Shown one piece after another: positions 35,657-46,899 of a stretch of 64,000 nucleotides of DNA; positions within the stretch are counted from its first letter, which is position 1, and every line of letters starts with the position of its first letter. The stretch is from assembly GCA_043228905.1 (NCBI GenBank), contig JBHGNT010000016.1:10602001-10666000 (forward strand), given 5' to 3'. The stretch is from Azolla caroliniana (lineage: Eukaryota; Plantae; Polypodiophyta). The notes under the pieces were generated by a model. The model was not told the DNA's origin and did no database searches. It saw nothing but the letters and a program-made list of their open reading frames with translations. The translations under genes and the position numbers were made by a program.

Positions 35657-38600
35657 TGTCGTAGTGTATTCCACACACTACGTGAAAACCATAAAATAAT
35701 ATATCCGATTTTAGATACATATAAATAAATAAATAATATATCAAAACATTTATCACGTGCATAGGGCAGGATTCAAACCCTACACCTCCACGTAGATAAA
35801 CCCCAACTTTACCATTGTAATAACTTATCTTTAGTGTTATACATATAGATTTAATACGTATAAGACCTTTATTTACACATACCTTTATTAAAAGGTAAAA
35901 ATCATGTATTCTTTAGAGTGTGAATATTTTATTTACACGTGACATTAAAAGTGACTCATGCACATCTAGCGTGCATGAGCCCTATATTTAGGAAATGACA
36001 AAGCATCACATGCACATTTAGTGTGCATGGACACTTTTGGAAAAAAGCATGAAGCCATGCTTAGCCTCTTCCATCTTTATATAAGGAGGGGAGAAATATG
36101 TATAAGGTTGTTGATTAATATACAAGGATTGATCAATCTAATATATTCGTGGGATTCACGAATTTTGCCATCTAAATTACTCTTATAATCTAAATATTGT
36201 TTTAAATACACTAAACTCGTGGGATTCACGAGATTGCTATCTTACTTCTCTTTCTACTATTCATAACTAGCCTTAAGTTGTATTCCTCTTCCTCCTAGTC
36301 CAAAACCTCGGCGGTTCCCACCCGACTCACGCAACGATCCGGAGCCGAAAGGCACGACACAGTTGGTGAACCCGACGTGAAGACCGGGTGGCAAGGAGAT
36401 GGAAAATCAACCGGAGGCTAGCAACATGATGATGATGTTCGAGCGCATGCTACAAGAACAACGCGCGATGTCGGAGATAGCGGCATCAGTGGAGCGGCTC
36501 GTGCAATGAAACGGGCAATTCAACGGGAAAGACGTGTCGCGGTATCTTCAGGACTACAAGGCGGAGATGCTACGGTGCGGAATATCGGAAGGACTGCAAG
36601 TGACGTCCTTCAACCGGGTGGCAACCGACGGGCTTCAAGCAAGCATCCATGGGCTACAACAACAAAATCCGACATGGGAGGCGTTTGAAGAAGAGCTAAA
36701 GAGGACGTTCGCCATCGAGGATTCCTCCAAGGCGACGCGAAGGGGATTCGAAGATTGGGTGGAGACGTCGGACAAGGGATTGAAGGTCGTTGATGTGTTT
36801 TCGGCATTCGAAAGCCGGTTCGGGAGGTTGTTCGCGAGAGATCAAGCTATCCTCGTACCAGACAAGGTGATCATGTTCTTGCGAGCCGTGGACGTCCGGG
36901 ACCGGAAAGATCTCGGAGTGCTCTTGGAGGACACGACCACGGAGAGTAGCCTCACCGAAACATGGGAAAGCGTGCGGGATATCGTCGCGCGATACACGAA
37001 GAGGGGGCAATGGCTTGCCAATGAGGAAAAGAGGGTTTCGGAACCGATTCCGAAACCGAGAACCGGATTGGAAGACCATCAACCAAGGGCTTGGGAGACT
37101 ACAACCGAGAAGGGGATTGATGCATCTACAGTGGAGCAACTATTGAAGGAGATGGAGAATCTAAAGATCGCGATGGTGAAGAAGTCGGATGACCGCCCCA
37201 CAAGCTCCAAGTATACGGACCGACGGTGCATATGGTGCGATGGCGCCGAACACGATCGGAGGGATTGCGACGAGCATAAGGAGGCGCTACGACGGGATCT
37301 CATCTACTATGAGGGAAACCAGATTCATTCGATGGACTCTCGGAAGCCACTCCGACCGAACTTCCGGAAAGGCGGCATGAAGAAGGTGCTCGAGGAGGAA
37401 ATGGCAGCAAGAAGCAACTATGCGACAACCGCGGGAATATGTGTCGGGGAGTCATCGAGAGCAAAGACGTCTTTTTGGCCGGAAGTTCTAGAAAACACCG
37501 AGAAAACCGACTCCAACTAGATCCGAAGCACCGCGGAAGGCGTCCGGGAAGCTACGGGATGGGAGTGCCCTGTCAACAAGAATAGCATATACGCCCTATG
37601 TCAATTGCATAAGGTGTATGTGGACGAGAAACGACGACGCACGAAGGATGCGGCCGGGCCATCGAAGATACCGGAAAGCTGGAACTCTGGAGGTAAGGGA
37701 AAAGAAAAGGCGACTCCAGCATTCAAGCTCGCCTCGGACATAGAACAACAAACCGACTTGAAAAGAGTGTTCGAGGAAAGAATCTTGGATAGCCGGGTAG
37801 ATTTCTCGCTTCGGGAGCTACTCGGATTAGCAAAGAAGGAGTTCCACGATCTTCTCGTGGATCTCGTGAAGCGAAAAAGACAAAGTACGGAGGAAAATGC
37901 TCCAAGGGTGAATGCGAACACCGTTTTAATGAACGACACCGAAGTGGAGAACGAAATTCCGAACTCCCACTATACAAGGCCACATTGGGCACGCGCGACT
38001 ACGGAGACTCCGGTCCGAATCGGCAACATCAAAGAACCCGTGCTAGCATTGATTGATCACGGATCGGAGGTCAACTTGATGTCCAAGGAGTTCTACCGGA
38101 AGGGGAAGTTTCCTATTAACACCAACCATGGATGGAAGATTCAGGCGGCCACCAAAGCAACGGAAGATCTATTTGCGGCTTGTCCGGATGTGACGGTGAA
38201 GATCGGGGATGTCGAGATCGACCAAAATTTCTTCGTGCAAGATGAGGTTTCACATTCCGTCATCCTCGGCCAACCCTTTATCACGGCATCACGGATGGAG
38301 ACGAAGGTGCTCGATAGCGGTGCGGCTTTTGCACGAATTCGGAGCCAAAACGGTGGGAAATCCGTCCAATTCCTAACGGTGCCGGCAAATCACGAAAGGA
38401 ACAAGAGGGAACTCTTGTCCCAAGTGAGAATGGATTTTTAAAGCGGACTGTTGCGGAGTGGGGAAGTGATAGTCCGAGAAGCCCTGATACCCCACACAGG
38501 AAGAAAACTCTTGGAGTAAAACATGTACAAATCGGTCCGGATGGGGCATCTACGTACACGACTGTAACTGGAGGATTGAAGAAAGGATACCGATGAGTGG

Positions 38601-41600
38601 AGGATAAGTTGCGGTCGGCATCAATAATGAAAGAAGATGAAGAAATTGTGGGGATAGTCGAAGAAGTGTTCTATGGGAGCACGCTACAACGACGTGAAGA
38701 GCTTGCGGAAGATAAAAACCAAGGGAACCGGGTAGTCCCGGTGGAATCGGTCGAGATGTACGAGATCATTGCGAAAATGGAGCCGGATACGCTCTGCAGA
38801 GAAGAAGCAATGGTAAGTACGAAATACAAGACCATGGAGAAGAAGGTGAAACCGGCCGCGGGACCACTACCCACCGATAGCGAACAAAAGAGGAAAGAAG
38901 TCTCGGGAGATCCGACACTTCGGAAGTCCGTGGATATCGGACATGCCTTCACGGATGAGACCCGGAAGAAACTTTGGATCGGTGGAGGTGGGTTCCTATT
39001 ACAAAAAGAAGAAGAACGGTTTCGCGAGATGTTGGAGCAACATGGCAAAGCGTTTGCATTTACATCAAGGGAGATAGGGTACGTCGATCCGAGAATAGTG
39101 GAGCCGATGGTGATCTTCACGATTGACCATGTACCGTGGAACCTGAAGCCGATTCCGATGCCACGAGCGCATATTCCGAAAGTCATTGACTTGCTCAAGG
39201 AGAAGGTGGCGATGGGGATTCTAGAGCCATCAACTACTCCGTACTCAAATCGATGGTTTACGGTTCCGAAGAAGAATGGAGTCCGATTTATCCAAGACTT
39301 GCAACCGGAGAATAAGGTCACGATCCGGAACTCGGGAGTCGGTCCAATAGTGGACGAATTTGCGGAAGCTTTTGCCGGTCGTGCGATATACTCCATCAGA
39401 GACCTATACTCGGGGTATGACCAATTCCAACTAGCCGTGGAGAGCCGAGACATCACAACCATGTGAACACCAATAGGGTTAGTCCGAATGTGCACACTAC
39501 CACAAGGAGCGACAAACTCAGTTGCTCATATGATGAACGCGATGAACAAGGTGCTTCGAGACTGCATTCCGGAGATAACGATGCCGTTCCTCGATGACAT
39601 TCCGATGAAAGGATGCGTGGTAGAAGAAAAAGATGAGACTATGGATGATCAGGGATGCCGAAAGTTCGTGGTCGACCATATTCATGATTGCGAGAAAGTG
39701 TTGCGAAAGCTAGAAGATGTGCACCTAACACTTTCTGGGGAGAAATCGGCATTCGGGCAAGAAGAAATATTGGTGGTCGGACATCTATGTGGGCCCTACA
39801 GCCGAAGACCGTCACCAACAAAGATCGATGCGATTCAAGCTATGGAGGAAATAGGCGAGTCAACATCCGAAGTCCGAAGGTTTCTCGGTGCATGTGCATT
39901 CTATCACATATGGATTCCGCACTATGCACATATAGCGGACCCGCTCTACCACTTGTTGCGGAAAGGTAAGAAATTTGAATGGAAACCGGAACACACCAAC
40001 GCCATGAAGAAATTGAAGAAGACACTTCGGAGGGCGGAAGCACTTAAGAAGCTGAGCTACGACCGACCGATCATAGTAACGGTTGATACAAGTCCAACCG
40101 GTATCGGGTGGGTCGTCAATCAAGCCGACTCGGATGGTTCACGGTATCCGATCCGATTCGGAGCAAAGGTTCTCAATGAAAGGCAACGTGGATATGCACA
40201 AGTCAAAAGAGAACTGTGGGGAGTCGTGTCGGCGATAAAATCGGATCGGGATTATTTGATCGGAGCCGAAGTGGTGATCGAGACGGATTGTCTTCCAATA
40301 CTCGGGATGATGCGGTGTTGTACGATACCGGATGTAGCTATGCTAAGGTGGGTTGCATATGTCAAGTCGCTTAATCCGGAGGTTCAACACATCTCGGGGA
40401 AGGACAACGCGGTAGCGGATATGTTATCAAGGGCTCGGTTCGGAGACGACATAACCGAATCGGATAATGAAGAAGTTTCCGAAGACTACTTCGCGTCGGA
40501 GCACATATGCCGAGTGAACGTAATCCGAGAATTACGGGAAGAAGAATACGAGGGAGAAAGTTTGATGATCGGAAAGATGTTACAAGAGGCCGAGGACTCA
40601 ACAAACGATAAAGGAAGAAGAGGCAAGTCCAAAAGTTCTTCTTGGAAAACGGATTAATATGGAGGGCGCCGAAAAGACCGCATGGTATACCACTTCGAGT
40701 AGTCGGGACAAAAGAGCAACGAAACCGGATAATATCCGAGTTTCACGAATCTGATTGGGCTGGACACCGAGGAACATGGGCAACATTTGTGAAGATCAAG
40801 CAAAAATATTGGTGGAAGAAAATGTACAAAGATGTCGCGGAGTTCACGGAAAGCTGCGAGAAATGTCAAGTCTACTCCGGGGTTCGACATCGAGATGAGT
40901 TACATCCGACATTCTAACCGACAATCAACTTCAAGTGGATGGTCGACATAGTGGCCATGCCGACCGGGATCGGACAAAAGAAATACTTGGTATTAGCTCG
41001 GGAAGATCTCACGAATCAAGTAGAAGGTCGAGCGCTTCAGAGGAAAACGTGTTCCGCCGTATGCCAATTTCTTTTGGAGGAAGTATTTTGCAGGTACGGG
41101 TGCGTAGGACAAGTGATTGCGGACCGGGGAGAACTCGACTCGGACAAAGCTAGGGGATTCTTCGCCAAACACAGAGTTCGGTTATCGCTGACAACGGCAT
41201 ACAATCCGGAGGCCAACGGGAAAATCGAACGAGGACATAATCCGATCGTGAAAGCACTTGCGAAGGCATGCGATGGAAAGGTGAAGAACTGGCCGCAGAT
41301 GCTTCCGTATGCACTATGGGCGGATCGGACGACGCATAGCTCCGTAACCGGTTACATGCCGGCAGAACTCATGACCGGACAAGCACCGGTAATGCCGACG
41401 GAAACCACGATCGCAACATGGACAATGCTACCGTGGAAGGAAGAGATGAGCCGGGAAGAACTACTAGCGGTCCGGATACGACAACTAGAGGGAAGACCGG
41501 CAGACATAGCGAAAGCAATACGCCGACAACAAGAAGCACGATTCCGGAACAAAAGCCGGTTCGACACAAAGCACCGACTACGACCGAGGAGGATTGAAGA

Positions 41601-42707
41601 AGGAGATTGGGTGATCGTCTATGACAATAGTTTGGACCATCAACATACAACGATGCGAAAATTCGCGAAAAGGTGGTTCGGGCCATACGAGGTTCGGAAA
41701 GTCTTCGATAACGGAACGTACCGACTGTCCGAGTTGGATGGAACAATACTACGAGTGCCTATAGCCAGGAAGCGGGTGAAGATTTTCAAGAAGTGGACCG
41801 ACGACAAACCCTATGTGATCCAAGCCAAGGCCGACAACGAGGAGCAATCGGACGAAGACCACGGTGATGCGGGAAGCGAAGAAAGTGAATTACAACTCAT
41901 AGTCGACATAAGGGGAGAATCGGAGGAAGCTTTGGGTGAAGACGGATATGAGGAATCGAGAACTTCGGCACATACCGGAGGATGTGCGGGTTCGGAGGGG
42001 GCGAGTGTTGTAGTGTATTCCACACACTACGTGAAACCATAAAATAATATATCCGATTTTAGATACATATAAATAAATAAATAATATATCAAAACATTTA
42101 TCACATGCATAGGGCAAGATTCAAACCCTACACCTCCACATAGATAAACCCCAACTTTACCATTGTAATAACTTATCTTTAGTGTTATACATATAGATTT
42201 AATACGTATAAGACCTTTATTTACACATACCTTTATTAAAAGGTAAAAATCATGTATTCTTTAGAGTGTGAATATTTTATTTACACGTGACATTAAAAGT
42301 GACTCATGCACATCTAGCGTGCATGAGCCCTATATTTAGGAAATGACAAAGCATCACATGCACATTTAGTGTGCATGGACACTTTTGGAAAAAAGCATGA
42401 AGCCATGCTTAGCCTCTTCCATCTTTTTATAAGGAGGGGAGAAATATGTATAAGGTTGTTGATTAATATACAAGGATTGATCAATCTAATATATTCGTGG
42501 GATTCACGAATTTTGCCATCTAAATTACTCTTATAATCTAAATATTGTTTTAAATACACTAAACTCGTGGGATTCACGAGATTGCTATCTTACTTCTCTT
42601 TCTACTATTTATAACTAGCCTTAAGTTGTATTCCTCTTCCTCCTAGTCCAAAACCTCGGCGGTTCCCACCCGACTCACGCAACGATCCGGAGCCGAAAGG
42701 CACGACA
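35657..42707 (+). mobile_element. Young, structurally complete non-chromovirus Ty3/gypsy (Phygy/Selgy-like, provisional); LTRs 35657-36359 and 42006-42707; TSD CCGG
   Basis: LTRs of ~702 bp differ by about 6 substitutions and 1 indel by eye. Gag-PR (LIDHGSEVNL) at 36400-38441. RT (DLYSGYDQ, LPQG, FLDD), RNase H (VDTSP, ETDC), INT (H..H..C..C, IADRG, GPY) to 42042. PPT GGAGGGGGCGAG. Several stops and frameshifts. Confidence 0.95.
36364..36381 (+). promoter_or_regulatory. Primer binding site, tRNA-Trp
   Basis: TGGTGAACCCGACGTGAA is complementary to the plant cytosolic tRNA-Trp 3' end (...UUCACGUCGGGUUCACCA). It starts 4 nt after the LTR. Confidence 0.88.
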
Positions 42708-45700
42708 CCGGAAATATCATAGAAGAGTCAGAGCCCATTAATATTGTCCTAGATAACTTAGCATGTCTAGTATCATTTAATATTATTAGTATCCTAGAAC
42801 ATCCTATAGTTTTAGGATTACCGTGGTTCAAGTTACAGAACCCAGACATAGATTGGAGAACAAGAGAAATCCGGTGTCGACAAACCCAAGGGTCAACTCA
42901 GAAGATGGCAACCATTTCGCCACGTCAGTTGCGTAAAGAAGGGCTCAAGGAGGAAATGTTCCTCTTTGCAATATCAGTAAACCCCTCCAGCACCACTAAA
43001 GAAGAATCCACCATTCAACTTCCCGAGAAGTATCGTCATTACGCCGATGTGTTCGATAAAGTACAAGCCAACACACTTCCTCATCATCGACCATACGATT
43101 GCCCCATCGATTTACAACCGGGAAAAGAGCCGCCATGGGGACCGATCTACAATTTGTCACCAACCGAGTTGGAAGTCATTCGGGCCTATATAGAGGAGAA
43201 TTTGGAAAATGGTTTCATTCGGCATTCAAAATCTCCAGCCGGCGCGGCGCACCCATTTTTTTCGTCAAAAAAAAAGATGGATCGCTTCGTCTCGTTGTAG
43301 ATTACCGTGGCTTGAATAAGGTTACAATCAGGAATAGATATGCTCTTCCCCTTATCTCAAGTCTTTTAGAACGGATCAATGGTGCCAGGTTCTTCACGAA
43401 GATCGACTTAATGGGAGCATATAACCTCGTACGGATCCGACCAGGAGACGAATGGAAGACCGCGTTTCGCACCAGATATGGGCACTTCGAGTATACGGTC
43501 ATGCCGTTCGGCCTCACTAATGCGCCGGCAGTCTTCCAGCACATGGCTAATGATATATTCCGAGATCTATTGGATGATTGTTTGATCATCTATTTGGATG
43601 ATCTACTGGTTTATTCAAAGACCCAAGAAGAACATGAATCTCATGTACTATTAGTACTAAAACAACTTCGAGAACATGGTCTGTATGCAAAGCTGGAAAA
43701 ATGTAGTTTCGGGTGCAACCAAGTGGAATTTCTCGACTACATCATTTCGTCAGAAGGCATCTCCATGGACCCAGCTAAGATCAAAACGGTGGTAGAATGG
43801 CAGATTCCGCGTTCGGTGCAGGATGTGCAATGCTTCTTAGGCTTTGCCAATTTTACCGGAAGTTCATACAAGATTACTCAAAGATCGTTCTACCTCTCTC
43901 ACAACTTACCAGGAAGGGACAACCGTTCATCTGGTCTGAAGAAACGGACATGGCTTTCGAGAGTCTTAAAAAGGCATTTACATCGGCTCCAATTCTAGCT
44001 CATGTTGATCCGGAAAAACCATTCATTATCGAAGCTGACGCATCGGATTTTGCATTGGGGAGCATTCTATCACAACAGGGGAATGATGAGAAGCTACATC
44101 CTGTGGCTTTTCACTCACACAAGTTTGATGCTGCCGAAATCAACTACGAAATTCATGATAAGGAGCTATTGGCAATAGTGGATTCTTTTATGCAATGGAG
44201 GCATTTTTTGGAGGGATCCTCTCATCCAGTCACCGTATTTAGTGACCACAAGAATCTTGCCTACTTTCAAGATGCTCGTGTGTTGAATCGACGTCAAGCT
44301 CGGTGGGCCCACTTCCTCACGCGTTTCGACTTCAAAATTACATATCGTCCGGGGAGGCACCAAGGGAAGGCAGATGCATTATCACGGCGTTCGTATCTAG
44401 CACCCCATCCCGACGACCCAGCTTTTGATAACCAAAAACAAGTCATCTTGGGACCGGCACGACTACAAGCAACACAGATATTTGACATGCCTATGGATTC
44501 CCGCGTTATCGATACCATACGTGAAGACTTGAAGACAGATGCGTTCGCCCAAGCTATACTAGCACAAATTGATCCCTCTCAAGCGTCGTGTTCACAGTCG
44601 CAACCACCAGGTACGGACTATCGGCAATTCAAATACCATGATGGATTACTCTTCTTTAAAGAACTTTTGTATGTTCCTAATGGTTCTTGCCGCCTTCGAG
44701 TAGTACAAAACTGTCATGACACATATACAACTGGGCATTTTGGAAGTACTAAAACATTACATTTAGTACAACGAACATTCTGGTGGCCCTGTATGCGACA
44801 ATTTGTCGAGGATTTTGTTCGGACTTGTGATACATGTTGCAGAGCGAAAATGCCAAGGCATCATCCATATGGTTTATTAGAACCATTACCAATTCCAAGC
44901 AAGCCGTGGCAATCCATTGCTCTAGACTTCATCACAGATCTTCCAGTCTCTAAGGGGTTCAATGCGATTCTAACGGTGGTCGATCAATATACGAAGATGG
45001 CTCATTTCTTGCCATGTACTAAGGAGATCTCCAGTGAAGACACTGCCGAAATTGTCATGCGTGAAGTATGTCGGCATCATGGACTTCCCGATAGTATCAT
45101 CAGCGACCGTGGACCCCAGTTCGTGTCAAAATTCTGGAAGCACCTTTTTAACATGCTCAAGGTCACTTGTAACCTCTCCTCCGACTACCACCCACAAACC
45201 GACGGCCAAGCTGAACGAACAAATCAAACGTTGGAGCAGTATCTGCGATGCTTTCTCAGCTATCATCAAGATGACTGAGCAAATATTCTCCACTTCGCCG
45301 AATTTGCCTATAACAACTCTATCCACGCATCCACTAAAGTTACGCCATTTTATGCTTATACGGGATGTCACCCCCGGTGGAGTGTACTTGAAACCCCAGA
45401 GGTGTCCACAAATCCGTGCGCGGAGGATCGTTTGGAGCAGTTACGCAAGATACAAGCGGATTTATCTACTCATCTCCAACAAGCTCAACAAACACACAAG
45501 GTCTACGCGGATTGTCATCTACTTCCATCAAGTTTTAATATTGGAGATCAGGTGTGGCTGCTACGACGACACATCAAGACTACTCGTCCATGTGAGAAGT
45601 TAGATTATCGGCGATTAGGTCCTTTCCATATTATTGGACAGATTAATGATGTCGCTTTTCGTCTCGATCTACCTCCTCAACTTCAGATACATCTGGTGTT

Positions 45701-46310
45701 TCATAGTTCTCTCCTCGAACCCTACCACGAGAGCACCATCCCAGGACGTCTTATCCAACCTCCACCCCCGATCGAGCTTGAAGATGGGCCGGAGTACAAG
45801 GTTGCCGCCATCCTTGATTCCAAGATTGTTCGCAACAAGCTCTACTTAGTCGATTGGCTTGGCTATAGCCCCAACGAACGTACTTGGGAACCGATCGAGA
45901 ATGTGACCAATGCTCGTGCTCTTCTTGAAGACTTCCATCGTCAATATCCACACAAACCAGGTCCTCAATCCAAGACGACTCGTGACACTCGTCGTTTTAA
46001 AGGGGGGATAGTGTCATGATATGGCAAGACTCGAACCCATGACCTTAGGTTATATGGGTCGAGCTCTTGACCATTAGATCATCTATTGTAATACGTAGAA
46101 TATTATTTTCATTTACATTTTATTATAGGAAATTAGTGTATATTCCAGATTTCTCTGGAACATTCTAGAAGCTTCAGGATTACTCCTGAAAACAATATAA
46201 AAGAGGGCACTAGGCATTATGTTGAACCAAATTGGTTCAACGCCAGTCTTAAGCCTTTTAGCCACCATTGTATATTCTCTTCATATAATACATATCTTTC
46301 TTATCATCAC

Positions 46311-46371
<61 letters not shown>

Positions 46372-46475
46372 GTCTCGCTCACTTCTTCCTTCTCTCGAAG
46401 AAGTTCCACACCTCTCATAGTACTAATCCTTTGTTTAGTACTAATTCCTTCTCTGTCTCAGTACTGTTCATGACA

Positions 46476-46864
46476 CCACTCAGGCTTTTCCTTGATGAAG
46501 CAGAAAATCAAAGAACCAAACGCCCTTGGATGCCAAGTTTCAAAGCAACTCAACGAGATGTAGAAGCAATAAAGAAAATAAGGGAACGTGAACTACACCG
46601 CCTAGAAGCCATGGCTAGGGCACTCTATGCATTGGGACCATGGGTCACACCCACACCAAAAACTTTTGACCTCCCACTTCTTTTTGAGAGACTTGGGTGG
46701 AAATGAGATTAGGCTTAGTGCAAAGTTTTGTACACTACTAGAACTCTGTTAGCTTAAGCTATTTTATTTTATTTTAGTTTTGATGATTGGATAAACACTC
46801 ATTTTTGTTGTAAACCAATTGTCTCATGGGCCAAATTTGGCCTTAGAAGAAGTTAATATTTCTT

Positions 46865-46895
<31 letters not shown>
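46476..46895 (+). mobile_element. 3' end of a LINE of the same family as LINE 2, with (TC)n tail
   Basis: Encodes ...FDLPLLFERLGWK*, as in 16400..17107. The 3' UTR is homologous to 16215-16400. Confidence 0.9.
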
Positions 46896-46899
46896 TCCT

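Larger units (their letters stand above)
34916..46475 (+). mobile_element. Ty3/gypsy chromovirus (Tcn1-like), 5'-truncated; 3' LTR 46012-46475; interrupted in its protease by another gypsy element
   Basis: Gag end PTPMEID..CLYCGGPGHIAINC. PR LLDSGANSCF. RT ([21 protein letters not shown]), RNase H (EADASD, DKELLAI), integrase (ISDRGPQF, GPF), chromodomain (YKVAAILD..YLVDWLGYS...TWEP). PPT AAAGGGGGGATAG. LTR TGTCATGA...TCATGACA. Confidence 0.93.

Noticed and set aside
37518-37520. Programmed readthrough TAG between Gag and PR
   Set aside because: No recognisable readthrough context. The element has other stops consistent with C-to-T decay.
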